A DNA stretch of 64,000 bases from Bugula neritina. Taxonomy: Eukaryota; Animalia; Bryozoa. Where the stretch lies: NCBI GenBank assembly GCA_964035545.1, contig OZ037767.1, positions 1,561,680 to 1,625,679 of the forward strand, given 5' to 3'. The translations under genes and the position numbers were made by a program. Positions 40,035 through 51,845 of the stretch are shown in pieces; the stretch's first letter is position 1; every line of letters starts with the position of its first letter. The notes below the pieces were generated by a model. That model was given only the letters and a program-made list of their open reading frames with translations. It did not search any database and had not been told where the DNA came from.

Positions 40035-42240
40035 CACTCCTTCCTAGCCTCAGAACTGGCGCTTCATTTAGACTGTACTAAAAATATAACACATTGTTAG
40101 GAACCTTTCACAATTGGTGAGAATTGCTATATATCTGTACACTTATTACATCAAATTACATATTTATTAAAACCAAATTACAAGTTACTTTAACAATTAG
40201 TAACAGTACTAGCACCAGTACTAGTAGCTTAGTAACTCATAAAATCTGACTAAGCATAATACCATTAGTTAACTTGTGAGTAATGACTTATATCTACAAG
40301 TACAACTTATAGCCATAGTTGCATCATCATATCATTGATTGCTGCATGATTATAATCAATAAATTTAAATCCACAAACTTCAATTATATTAATTTAATTA
40401 TTATCAATTATTTTGATTTGGTACTTATTTTACACGTACTATCAGTATTTTAGACTAACATTTTTAAATTCACAGTCATTACTATCAATACTATGTAATT
40501 ATAATTTAATTTGATTAACGTTTTGGAAAACTATTCAATTATTTTTATCATCTAAAATAAATAGCATAACAGAAGTCCTTAAAATGAAAACAATTTATAA
40601 TTAACTATTACCAATGGTGCTGTTTATATCATTTACAGTCATAATCTCAATTAAAATGAAAAGGGTCTTTAGGTGAGCTCACTGAATGTGCCTTAAATCT
40701 TGCTGGGAGCATGGCTTGGGGCTAATTGATATGACACGGGCAATTACAACTGTGTGTTTTTCTTAACATGGGACAACAGAGGCTCTTTTTAACATGACCT
40801 GTTAAATTCAATCACATTTTTCAATACTGTTGTAGCTATACTACTTTAACTAAGAAGTTTTACAACTTATCAAGTTCAAGATGAAGATCAAGAAGTAAAA
40901 GATGATTAGTATCACTATGAATATCATTACCAATAATTATCATTATAATTCACACTTAATCTTATACAATCACCATAGGTAACAATAATTATAAAGCCTA
41001 TGGGCTATGGCTATGCCTATTCAATTGTCATGCTATAAAGTTAAACATGTTGATTCTTAAATATAGCCATAAGTATATTACATAATGATAATAATATTAT
41101 TATTAATTATTATAATTTACTTTTACTTACTAACAGGTTTAGTGATTCAAATTAGTATTACACTTTACAAATATTTAGTTTTACAGAGCTGGAGGTAAAA
41201 GTACTAGTAGAACTAGAACTAGAAGAGTAGAAGTAGAACTACATATTAAAATCCAACATGAATATTCAAAAACATCTATAGGATTTTATTTCAAAAGCAC
41301 TCAGAAAACATTGAAGTGATAATAAATGTTTTCATTATGATTGTAAAATAGAATCCTTTGAATAATTCGATTATTACTATTACTATTACTATTACTATTA
41401 GCACACTATGATTATCATAATCATCATAATCAACATCGAGTCCGATGTTTATCAATATAATTTTGAAAATATGGAAACAAGAATCGTAAAAAAATAGCAT
41501 TAAGCTATCGGAAGAACTTCGGAGATTTCAACGCTACTTCTTCAACATGTTCTCGAAATAAGTCTTCAACTAATTTTGACAACACGAGCTTGGACTTTTT
41601 CAAAAATTAGAATAGCTTTTTAGAATAGCTGGCTGTTTTTAATTTCATGCTAAATTACTTAATTGGTTCTTAAACACAATAATTATAATGTTACATTGAA
41701 ATTCAACAGACTTTAAAAATCATCATCTGTAATTGTTATGATTAGCTGGCAGGAGAAGTATTTTTCTTAGTAATAATTGCAAAATCATTACAGCTTGAGC
41801 TATAACTATAACTATAAGTATAACACTCACACTGTTAGTGTTACTGTTACTCAATTAGTCATTAGTGTTATACTTATATTATTAACAGTAGCTTATAAGC
41901 CATACGCTGATAAGGTAAATTTAATGCATTCCTTCACCTTGAGTTTGAAGTTATTGAATAAGTTATTGTAATTTTTAATTAAAGTTAAATTATAATACTA
42001 ATACTAATAGTAATAGTAATAGTAAATGTAATACTAATACTAATAGTAATGGTTATACTTATAGTTATAGGGATAGTATTACTAATAGTAATAGTAATAC
42101 TATTAGTATTACTATTACTATTAGTAACAGTATTATTAATAGTAATACTTATAGTTATACTAATACTTATACTTATAGTTATAGTCATAGTGATAGTGAT
42201 ACTTATAGTTATAGTAAAACTAATACATTAACTTGTACTT

Positions 42241-42522
42241 AAATGTATTCATAATCGCACTAGTAACTTTTCATATTTTCAGCTTTCACTTACTTTATTA
42301 AATTTAGGTTGATTCCGGGTGGATCAGTGTGAGTATCAGTAAATATAAATATATGACTAAGTATTATTATAAGTATAACTAACCTATGTTTATAGTAATA
42401 CTTAGTCTTATACTTATATTTAGTAATTTGCTGATACTCACACTGATACACTCGGCATCAAATTAAAGTTAATAGAAAAGCTGAAAATATGAAAAGTTAC
42501 TGTTACGATTATGGATACATTT
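42241..42522. mobile_element. About 280-bp fold-back (long inverted repeat) element, MITE-like
   Basis: AAATGTATTCATAATCG..AGTAACTTTTCATATTTTCAGCTTT pairs with AAAGCTGAAAATATGAAAAGTTACT..CGATTATGGATACATTT; inner ATCAGTGTGAGTATCAG with CTGATACTCACACTGAT; GACTAAGTATTA with TAATACTTAGTC. Confidence 0.75.
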
Positions 42523-42568
42523 TTATATACCTATGTTTCTCATCTTTATAGATAGAATTTTGTAGACA

Positions 42569-45500
42569 ATGGAGACTCGGTCAGGAAGAAAGTCTCAAAA
42601 CCAACCTCCTGGGTAATGAATTATTACTTAACTATTGAAAAATCAACAATTTCCTAAACTTGATAAAGTTTTTTTCTTTACTGAATTGTGCTTTAATGTG
42701 TTTTGTATTGTTTTAGTTCAAGCAAAAAGGAAAGGCGAAGTAGATCAATAGCAAAATCAGCTTCAAGGTCACCCACAAAATCAGCTTCAAGGTCACCCAC
42801 AAAATCAGCTTCAAGGTCACCCACAAAATCGCCTTCAAGGTCACCCTCAAAATCAACATCAAAACCACCAAAAGTGCACAATGTCTCTAATGCAGCAAAC
42901 GAAGAAATTTTTGCACAAGGCAAGTCAAAATATTAAAAACTTTTAGCAAGACAAGTTCGGCATTACTTTCAAACCCTCGTATGTTGAATATTTAATATAT
43001 TCAACCTTCATCAGTTTTATGCTTAAATATCTTTTCTTGGCACATTAGAAAGTTTTCTTGATGTAGTTATTTTCATAAACTTTTCTACAAATCACGAAGT
43101 TCGGGTTTTTCAATTGTAGCTGACAACTTTACGCCTAAGCGTCGGCGTTCTTTACATCCTGAAGCAGGTAAAAAGGGTAGATCTCAGTCTAAGATCAGAT
43201 CCAAATGATTTTTCATTCTATCACTAGTAACTAGGAGTGCTTTCAATATCTCTGTGTACATAGAGAATATGGTTGTGAGCTGTTTGGTAACATCATGAGA
43301 GAGGTTAAAAGGTCAAGTAGTCCATGACTCAACCCAGCTAGTCTATGCATAGGGATTGTGAAAGTGCTCTAAAGTTTTTTCTAATTTTGCATGTATTTAA
43401 TGTCACATGCTTTGTTGATTTACAGTTGAAATTTCGCAGTGTACAATTACTTATAAAATAGCCACTATTTTGAGTACCATGCAATGACTGTTATCCTCTG
43501 CTATCAGCTCAACTAGTTGCTCATTTCCTGGCACATCTCTAAATTCTTCCTGAATGAATCACAGTTAATCCAATTATTAGAATTAATTTTTAATTTTGCT
43601 AAAATCAATTCCAGCTGCCTTCTTGCTGATTGGCTGCCTTTCAATGTTATCTCAGAATAAACACTTACTCTCCCAGTACACTTACTCTTCTTATTCACGT
43701 GTAAGTATAACTTACTCTCTCCGTACATGTGTACACTGTTCTTGTTGCGTTTTAGCTTCTGATAGTTCCACAGACCGTAGTGAAACTGCAACCACGTCTG
43801 CAGTGTCCACGAAGGTCAAGGACTCTCCGAGCTTGGCAGCAAAGCTCTGGATGACGGCAGCAAAGCTCTGGATGACGGCTGCAAAGCTCTGGATGACGGC
43901 TGCAAAGCTGTCACCTTTAAAGCACTCCGTTTCAACATCCGTAGTCATCGTAGTCATGGCCATAGCTGTAGTTCCCATCACAATTGCCATCATCATATTT
44001 ATTCCTCAGTAAGTTCAAATTTGCGAGTGAAATTGAACTTTAAGTTTGAATAGAATTATCATTGCCTCATGGAAGTCCATCAAAGATTGTTATTAGATTT
44101 GATCAATTGTTAAACTCAATAGCATAAGTTTCATGGCTAATTTTGTTTACTTGACATATACTAAACTGTGGCAAGATTGTTGGTTATTTTAGACCCATGT
44201 TTACAGGTAGCCCCCTCTCCCCACTATCTATGGGTGGAGATTTGCTATACTATTTCTATGTAATAGAGTAGATACAGTTATATAGTATGTCATGGTGACA
44301 TGGGGTATTATGATTATGCTGAAGTATTTCTTTTATATAGAGAAGATTTATAATTTATATTGACATAGTGTATTTGTTGGTGAATGCCTTATTATATAAA
44401 GAACTGTACTAGTCTCCGTCTGTTCTAGGTTGGCCTATCCAGCACCAAAGGAAATCACTCAACCGAAACACTCAATAGAAGAAATCAAACGCTTGAGTGA
44501 AAGTTTCTTTCCTCCCCAATCTAATAGATTTTGGAAAATAATAACGTCAAGTGTAAATAGTTTCTCTTTTGTTAATATGTAGCTGGGTGGCTTTTGTGTC
44601 TTTATTTATTTTAGTCTAAGTTCTACTTGATCCCAACCTTTTCATTTAACTCTCAAATATTTGAATAACTGAGGGTTCTGTAAACATATATACATGCAGT
44701 ATATACAAATTATATATATGCAGTACATGCAGTTTACATGTTCTGTAAACATGCAGTATATACAAGGCATGTCACTGTTTGTACACTAGAACATTGTTTA
44801 ACTCTAAATATTAGATATCCTAATGCTTTATCTTATTGGCATAGTATGTATAGTAGATAAAGTAAGTACAATAAGTGCAGTAAGTATAGTAAGTACAGTA
44901 GTTTTTATATAATAAGTATAGTAGGTATAGTAAGTATAGCATTGATAGTGAGTATAATATAGTAAGTATAGTACTTATAGTATAGTATTTTTGGTATAGT
45001 ATTAAAGTATGTATAGTACGTATAGCATGTATAGTGTGTATAGCATGTATAGTGTGTATAGCATGTATAGTATGTATAGTGTGTATAGTACGTATAGTAG
45101 GTATAGTGTGTATAGTACGTATAGCATGTATAGTGTGTATAGCATGTATAGTGTGTATAGCATGTATAGTGTGTATAGTACGTATAGTAGGTATAGTGTG
45201 TATAGTATGTATAGTACGTATAGTAGGTATGGTGTGTATAGTACGTATAGTAGGTATAGTGTGTATAGTACGTATAGTATGTATGACTTTAGGTTCGCAG
45301 TGCCACAAATCCAAAAGGAAGTGGTCGGCCATCTTGTATTTTGTTTACAACCGACTCTGAAAGTATGGCCACAGCTCAAGGTGTAAATTCTCTTGCAGAC
45401 GTAATTGAGAATATATTTGACTCTGGCAAGGCTCTTAGTATATACGGTAAGTAATAAGTAAGTATATACTGTAAGTAATAAGTAAGTATATACTGTAAGT

Positions 45501-46354
45501 AATAAGTAAGTATATACAGTAAGTCCTCCCACTGTGAAATTAAGACATTATGAATTAAATGGTGTCCCAAGTTTAAAGGAAGTCTTCTTGCCATGTTGCT
45601 GCAGGGGCGGATCATAGAGGGGGTGGTCACAGAACTGCTGTAGATGAGAAGCTATCTGAGTGGTTTGGTGGTGGAAACAGAGTGGCCGTGTTACATGATA
45701 TAGACATGTTCACTGTGGAGACGGCAAAGTTATTTTACAAGTTAGTTCTAATAGGAATGTCTTGTTTTGGGAGTTGTGTTCTAGCAGGGTGGGGGCTCTA
45801 GATAAATGTGGTGCCTTGGCTATATCGACTAAATCACAATGAAAGGTTTCAAATAGTCGAGCATTTTTATTGAAACAACTTCAATTTACTAGTCAATAAT
45901 TTGATAGATTAAATTCCTTCTAACCATAGACTGAGCTCTACATTGGAAGAGGTACTAAAAGTAGCATAACTCCCCAGTGTTTATAAGTCATGTTAGAGTT
46001 TAGAGCACTCATCTTTGTTTTACTGAGTAGTAGTAGAACTAATGGCAGCAGCAGTAGTAGTAGTAGTTACCATGCTGCTATAACTATGCTGTTGTCACTA
46101 TGCTGTTGTTACTAAGCTGCTGTCACATGTATTTTTGCAGATTTTGTGATGATAATCCCGACCCGGTATTCCCCGGTAGCGTGCTCCTTCTCACTGTCAG
46201 CTATAAGCCTGGCTATACTCTGGACAAATACTGGATAGACAATGTACTTAGAGATCATTGGTCTAATGAGGAAGACGTGGTGGGCCCATTGCTCTCTAGA
46301 GTTGGTAACAGTGTTAATGTGATAAAGAGTGCTAATGCTACTGAAACTCAGTGA
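42569..46354 (+). CDS. TOR1AIP1-like: Torsin-1A-interacting protein (LAP1/LULL1 family) paralogue A, about 391 aa. Exons 42569-42612, 42717-42919, 43120-43167, 43756-44008, 44429-44552, 45293-45446, 45605-45740, 46141-46354
   Basis: Basic N-terminus, one TM helix (VVIVVMAIAVVPITIAIIIFI), then FPPQSNRFW, RPSCILF, VAVLHDID, LFYKFCDDN, VLLLTV and GPLLSRV, matching the LAP1/LULL1 luminal motifs FPGQ..LW, FYKYCDHEN, LVLTV and GLWSRI as recalled. Phases sum to 1176 nt; requires one GC-AG intron. Confidence 0.78.
44990..45285. repeat. 9/18-bp intronic repeat (GTATAGCAT/GTATAGTGT)
   Basis: Directly visible; source of five spurious ORFs. Confidence 0.9.
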
Positions 46355-47988
46355 CTTGTTAATGGGAGTAGATAGTTTAGCCAAATCTTGTAAATTAATA
46401 TAACATGATAGTAATAATATAATGATGTAGTTATGTAATAATGTAATGAGTTAACAAAAGTGTCATAGCACTGCTTGAGTAAATAGTTTTTTTAAAATTT
46501 ATTATTTTTGTAATCGAAGCAATTCTGCCCATCTTCCTTAGGGAATAAGGTTCAATTTGAAGGTCATAAGTATAAATAAAATGATATCTGGTATTTTTGT
46601 TGGATTTTCATGTTATACAAATAATTATAGTACAAGAAGCTGTATTTTTAAAAACATTTGTTAACTTTTTGAAAATGATTTGAAAAATTGCAGTGACTTT
46701 GATATGATTTGTTTAATTATCTTTCCCTTATCTTTGAAATTGTAGCTTCACTTGCCAACCTGTACGCTGCATGATTCTCTTCTATATAATGCATATTATT
46801 ATTATTGATATATTGAAGATATTATTCCTATTCTGTAAATAATATACATTACTCTTTTACTGCCCATTCTCCTACACAAACAATGAACACCTGATTTTAC
46901 CATCAAAATGTTTTATCTTTTTAGAACTACTAGAAATTATTATGTTTACTGTTTTTCTACAATTTTTACGTTTGTTTCTCTTAAATTTAGTTGACTATTC
47001 TAAATAAATGCATAAACTGGATGAAAATTGAGCTGCATTTCTCCGTTACTCTGCTTATATCGCCTCTCAGTGTGTAGTTGAAAGCTTTTGAAGATGTTCA
47101 GTTTTATTGAGCCACCTTTGATCAACCTAATAAATGTTGAGATAGTTAACTAGTTTGTGGTCTAATACGTGTTGAACAGCACCCAACCCGTAATCTGCTA
47201 ATTATCTTGTGGTTAAAGTAAGTTAAGTATACAAGGTTAAGTAAATGTTAAGTATACAATCGGAGTGATAAGAGTTAATAATTCACGCCGCTCGACTGTG
47301 GGCTGATAGGTGTGATGTTGATAGTTTACACGGCAGTGCACTCCCTTTGCTCGCAGTCTATGCAGTAAGTAGCCTTGCCTAGACACAACTTCAACTCACT
47401 CTAAGGTAAGTTCTATATTCTAGTCTTTCTAGATAATTAGTAGCGCCTCTTAGTCTTATTATTATATTTGTTGTCTATTTATGATGCTGCATAGTTACCG
47501 AAGTAAATAATTAAAATAATTCAGTGTATTGGTTAGCACGCTGGGCATGTGCGCGGTCTATAATGTGCTGTTCATTTAGTAGCAGTAGTGGAGATATTGA
47601 GATAGCCTAAGCTCTTTAATTTTCTTTACAAATTTTGGTTTGGTGCCATTACGGCGCCTACCTCGCTTTACTTCCTGTATCACAATGGTATTTTGCAAAT
47701 TTAAACTGCACAGAGCTGCTAGCAACTGTTGAACAAATTAGCATTACTCCTCAGTTATTAGAACCCACATTGAATTAATAAATAAAAGTTGATAATTGTT
47801 GGCCTATACATAGTAGAGTGGTATCTGATAGCGTAAGCGTGCCTGTATGCTGCTACTACTAGCGCTGTAGTAGTACTGGTACAAGCTCTAGTAGTACTAC
47901 TACTAGTCAAGTAAATTCAATGATATTATATATTCTTACTTTAACATAAATGTCGTAGCTCTTTTTCATGGCAGACTGAAGGTCAAAA

Positions 47989-50900
47989 ATGGAAGCTGCT
48001 GACACTACAACTAGCAGTAGTAGCATTAGTAGTGCTGGCATTGTACCCTCCATCAGTAGTACTGACAGTGACATTGTAGCTACTAGTACTAGTAATACTC
48101 ATACTGACACTGCAACCACTAGCAATACTGACACTGCAACAACTAGCAATACTGACACTGCAACTGTGAGTTGTACTGACACTACAACTACTAGCAATAC
48201 TGACACTGTAACCGTGAGTTGTACTGACACTCCAACTACTCTTAATACTGACCCTGCAGCTACTAGTAGTACTGACACTACAACTGCTAGTAGTACTGAT
48301 ACTGCAACTATGAGTAGCACTGACACTGCAACTACTGGTAGTACTGATACTACAACTATTAGCAATGATAAAATTACTCCAGCAACTGGTGCTACCACTG
48401 TTTCTAATGCTGCCACTGCTGGTGATAATGGTGACACTACTGGTGATAATGGTGACACTACTGGTGATAATGCTGCCACTACTGGTGATAATGATGACAC
48501 TGCTGGTGCTAATGGTGACACTACTGGTGCTAATGGTGACACTACTGGTGATAATGCTGCCACTACTGGTGATAATGGTGACACTACTGGTGATAATGGT
48601 GACACTACTGGTGATAATGGTGACACTACTGGTGCTAATGGTGACACTACTGGTGCTAATGGTGACACTACTGGTGATAATGCTGCCACTACTGGTGATA
48701 ATGGTGACACTACTGGTGATAATGCTGACACTGCTGGTGATAATGGTGACACTACTGGTGATAATGCTGCCACTGCTGGTGATACCGCTAATGGTGATGC
48801 TGCTCCCGCAACTAATGCTGCCGCTGATACTAGTGATACCACAGCTGGTGATAATGCTGGTGCTGCTCGCGCAGCGAATGCTGATGCTGAACACAGACCT
48901 CGGGATGAGAGATACAAGATGTGGATATTATTGGCAGCACTCATTTTATTATGCGCCTACACCGCCCCCACCCTCTTTATGTATGTTGAGCAATTGCCAA
49001 ATAATTTTTTCAAAATGTTTATTATGACGTCGAGCATTGTTTGAGAAAAATCTGTAAGATTACATTGCTGGTGTTGCTATTTCTACATATACAGTTCATG
49101 TCCAGATGTGCATTTCATACTCTGTAATGGTTCCATTTAGGAGAGCTGACAAAGTTGCATGTGGCGCATTCGATAATCCACCCAGAGAAATACGTCCAAC
49201 CTTAGAAAAATCTTTACCTCCTCAAAGCAAAAAATTCTGGAACACTTTAAAAGCCACGGTTTGTTGTTTATATGTATAAATTATTATTATTTATTTATCT
49301 ATATAAATTATTGTTATTTGTTTATTTATATAAATTATTGTTATTTGTTTATCTATATAAATTATTATTATTTGATATATTGTAGTAACTTGTGGGTTAT
49401 TGAATGCAATCAGGCAGAGAACATAACTCCTTGTAAGAGAAGAGATAAGAGAGTGTAGAGTAGTGTGTGCTGTAAGCCTTTATTAGTGTAGTTGATCCTT
49501 CCAGTCTGAGCTCCTGTCTTCAACTGACTGGAGCTCAGAATGTGCCTCCTTTTATAGTATTTGAACAAAAGGATTATAGAACCTTCGACCGACAGCTGGC
49601 CGAAGTTCGGCAGGGCGCGCCGTTATTCGAAATGTTGTAAACCGACACTCGGCATGTTGGCAGCTGCAAGCTGAACCTCGGTCAACTGTCGGTTTACATG
49701 AAGGAACAAAATTGACCCCAACCAAGTGCATGGGTATTATTCAAAGAATAAAGGGGGAGGGAAAATACTAGTCACTGGATAAATAGTATACTATCGTTAA
49801 GATATTAGTTGATGTTCTTGAAGGGGCCTGTAAAGGGGGGTAACTCTGATATTTACCACAATATCTGCTAACTTCCTGATAAATAGCGCATGTCTTTCTC
49901 GAAGAAAGGATCACTATCAACATGTATGTTATGCCTTAAGGTGTAGAAATATCGTGCAGACGTACAAATCTAGAATTAAATTGATCACTCAGTGTTCAGT
50001 TCCCTTGCAGTTGAGGCAGATGTCAAGGACTGATAGGCCATCTTGTGTTGTTCTTGCTGCTGACACAAGCTCTGTCTATGATAAAGATGCTATGATAGAT
50101 GCCGTGGAAAAGATATCCAACGCAATGTCGTGTGTATCATGTAACTCTGAACACTCGCTGGTGCTTAAAGGTTGGCTACAATTTACTAGTTTCAGTGTAA
50201 CTTACTTTCTACTATGCAGTATTTATAAATACACTAACCAACCAAATTCTTTCTATAGATTGTATAGGTTATGTGTTGAAAATAAAGCAGTTTTGTGTGT
50301 TACCTATAATCAATTACTTAGCACTTATTCTCTATTACTTATTGCTCCTTTTTATGGTTGATTGTTACTTGTTGTTTATTTTATTTAACTTATCGTTTCT
50401 TATTTATCACTTGCTGCTTTTTATGTTCTACCCATATATCTAAAATCGCCACACTACAGTTGTAATTAGCAGACAAATATATGATATTCAGTTTTATTTC
50501 AAAGAGACTATCTTTTTGAAAACTTTGCAAGCTTATCGTCAGAGTTTCATTGGCAACTCAATAGACTCCATATACTGCTGGACTTTCATCCCTAAAGATA
50601 AACGTAACTGAAAAACCGATCCCCTTTTACTTTAACAGGGGGGGATTTTGTGGCTGATAAGCAAGGACTCGATGAAAGGTTATCTCACTGGTTTAGTGGT
50701 GGAAACAGAGTGGTTGTCATACACGACATAGATAAGCTCAACGTGGATACAGCAAAGTTGTTTTATAAGTAAATCTTATCACTTTCATTGTGTAACTATA
50801 ACTAGATTAGGTTTTCCTGTGAATTATATCAAACTGTACTTTGAACTTGTCAGTAAAACCTAAAACTTTATTCAATTCTGCTACTTTTTCATAAGGGAAA

Positions 50901-51405
50901 AGCTCAATAAATTGAGTTTCACCAGTTGATAGTTATTTGAGCTCATCAAAAGTTATACATAATATTATTTATTCAGTTTAATGTGGTAGTTATCTGCACA
51001 TTTCTTCTCTGTGGTAGTTGTCTACTCTTTATAAATTTAATAGTTGAAATGTCCTTAAAATGTTGTGTTCTGGATTTATCTACTCTTGCAATATTTTTTT
51101 CATAAACTTACTGTTGTAGAGTGTGTGAAGACAACCCCAACCCTCAGTATCCCCACACAATATTATTCCTGACTGTAAACCAAAACCCTGACGATGAAAT
51201 TGATCAATACTGGTTGGGGAAAGTGCTTAGAGATCATTGGTCTGATGAGGAAGATGTTATTGGCCCATTGCTCTCTAGAGTTGGCAATTATGTGACTACA
51301 ATAAAGTTGCCAGAGGAATCTACATCCTATTGTTACTATCTCATAGTTGCATTTATTATTCTTATTATTATTTTTGTGAGTTTCGTTTTATATAAGATGA
51401 GATGA
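47989..51405 (+). CDS. TOR1AIP-like: Torsin-1A-interacting protein (LAP1/LULL1 family) paralogue B, about 561 aa. Exons 47989-48980, 49141-49258, 50011-50170, 50639-50768, 51120-51405
   Basis: Thr/Asp/Gly repeat N-terminus, TM (WILLAALILLCAYTAPTLF), LPPQSKKFW, RPSCVVL, WFSGGNRVVVIHDID, LFYKVCEDN, GPLLSRV, then a second hydrophobic helix. Same four intron positions and phases (2,0,1,2) as paralogue A; phases sum to 1686 nt. Probable 5' UTR exon ends at the AAG/GTAAG donor near 47405. Confidence 0.78.
48060..48800 (+). repeat. Coding minisatellites: 24-bp (TDTATTSN-type) then 21-bp (TTGDNGD/TTGDNAA/TTGANGD)
   Basis: In frame in the first coding exon of paralogue B. Confidence 0.9.
49381..49860 (-). 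mobile_element. Solo LTR (480 bp, Gypsy-like), antisense within an intron of paralogue B
   Basis: TG...CA termini with inverted ends TGTAGTAA / TTACCACA (7 of 8 match); 4-bp TSD ATAT at 49377-49380 and 49861-49864. On the minus strand TATAAAA (near 49555) precedes AATAAA (near 49482). No internal coding sequence. Confidence 0.75.
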
Positions 51406-51620
51406 TAGATTTATTTGTTCTTTAAGATATTTTTAGCTACTGAGAAGTATTCTAGCTTCCCTTCTTAATGTTCAAAGAAAATATATTTGTATTGTTATGT
51501 TGGAGTTATCCCGCTTGCTTATTTACAAACTCATCAGTTTTTTACACTAGCATGTTGATCAATGGCAAAATGGCTTACAATAAAACTTTATCAAACTTTA
51601 ATAAATCAGGTTTGTAGTGT

Positions 51621-51845
51621 CTCACCTGTGACATATAATACCTCACCTGTGACGTATAATACCTCACCTGTGACATATAATACCTCACCTGTGCCATATA
51701 ATAATTCACCTGTGACATGTAGTACCTCACCTGTGACATATAATACCTCACATGTGACATGTAGTATCTCACCTGTGACATGTAGTACCTCACCTGTGAC
51801 ATATAATACCTCACCTGTGACATATAGTATCTCACCTGTGACATG
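51621..51845. repeat. 21-bp minisatellite, about 10 copies (TACCTCACCTGTGACATATAA)
   Basis: Directly visible; downstream of paralogue B. Confidence 0.92.

Noticed and set aside
42703-42936. Stand-alone histone H1 or protamine gene
   Set aside because: No globular H1 domain; flanked by splice sites linking it to the TOR1AIP-A exons. Kept only as a possible short isoform.
47983-49027. Three further long ORFs overlapping the repeat exon of paralogue B
   Set aside because: Stop-free frames produced by the repeat; only the 47989 frame has an ATG after an acceptor, a TM and an in-phase donor.
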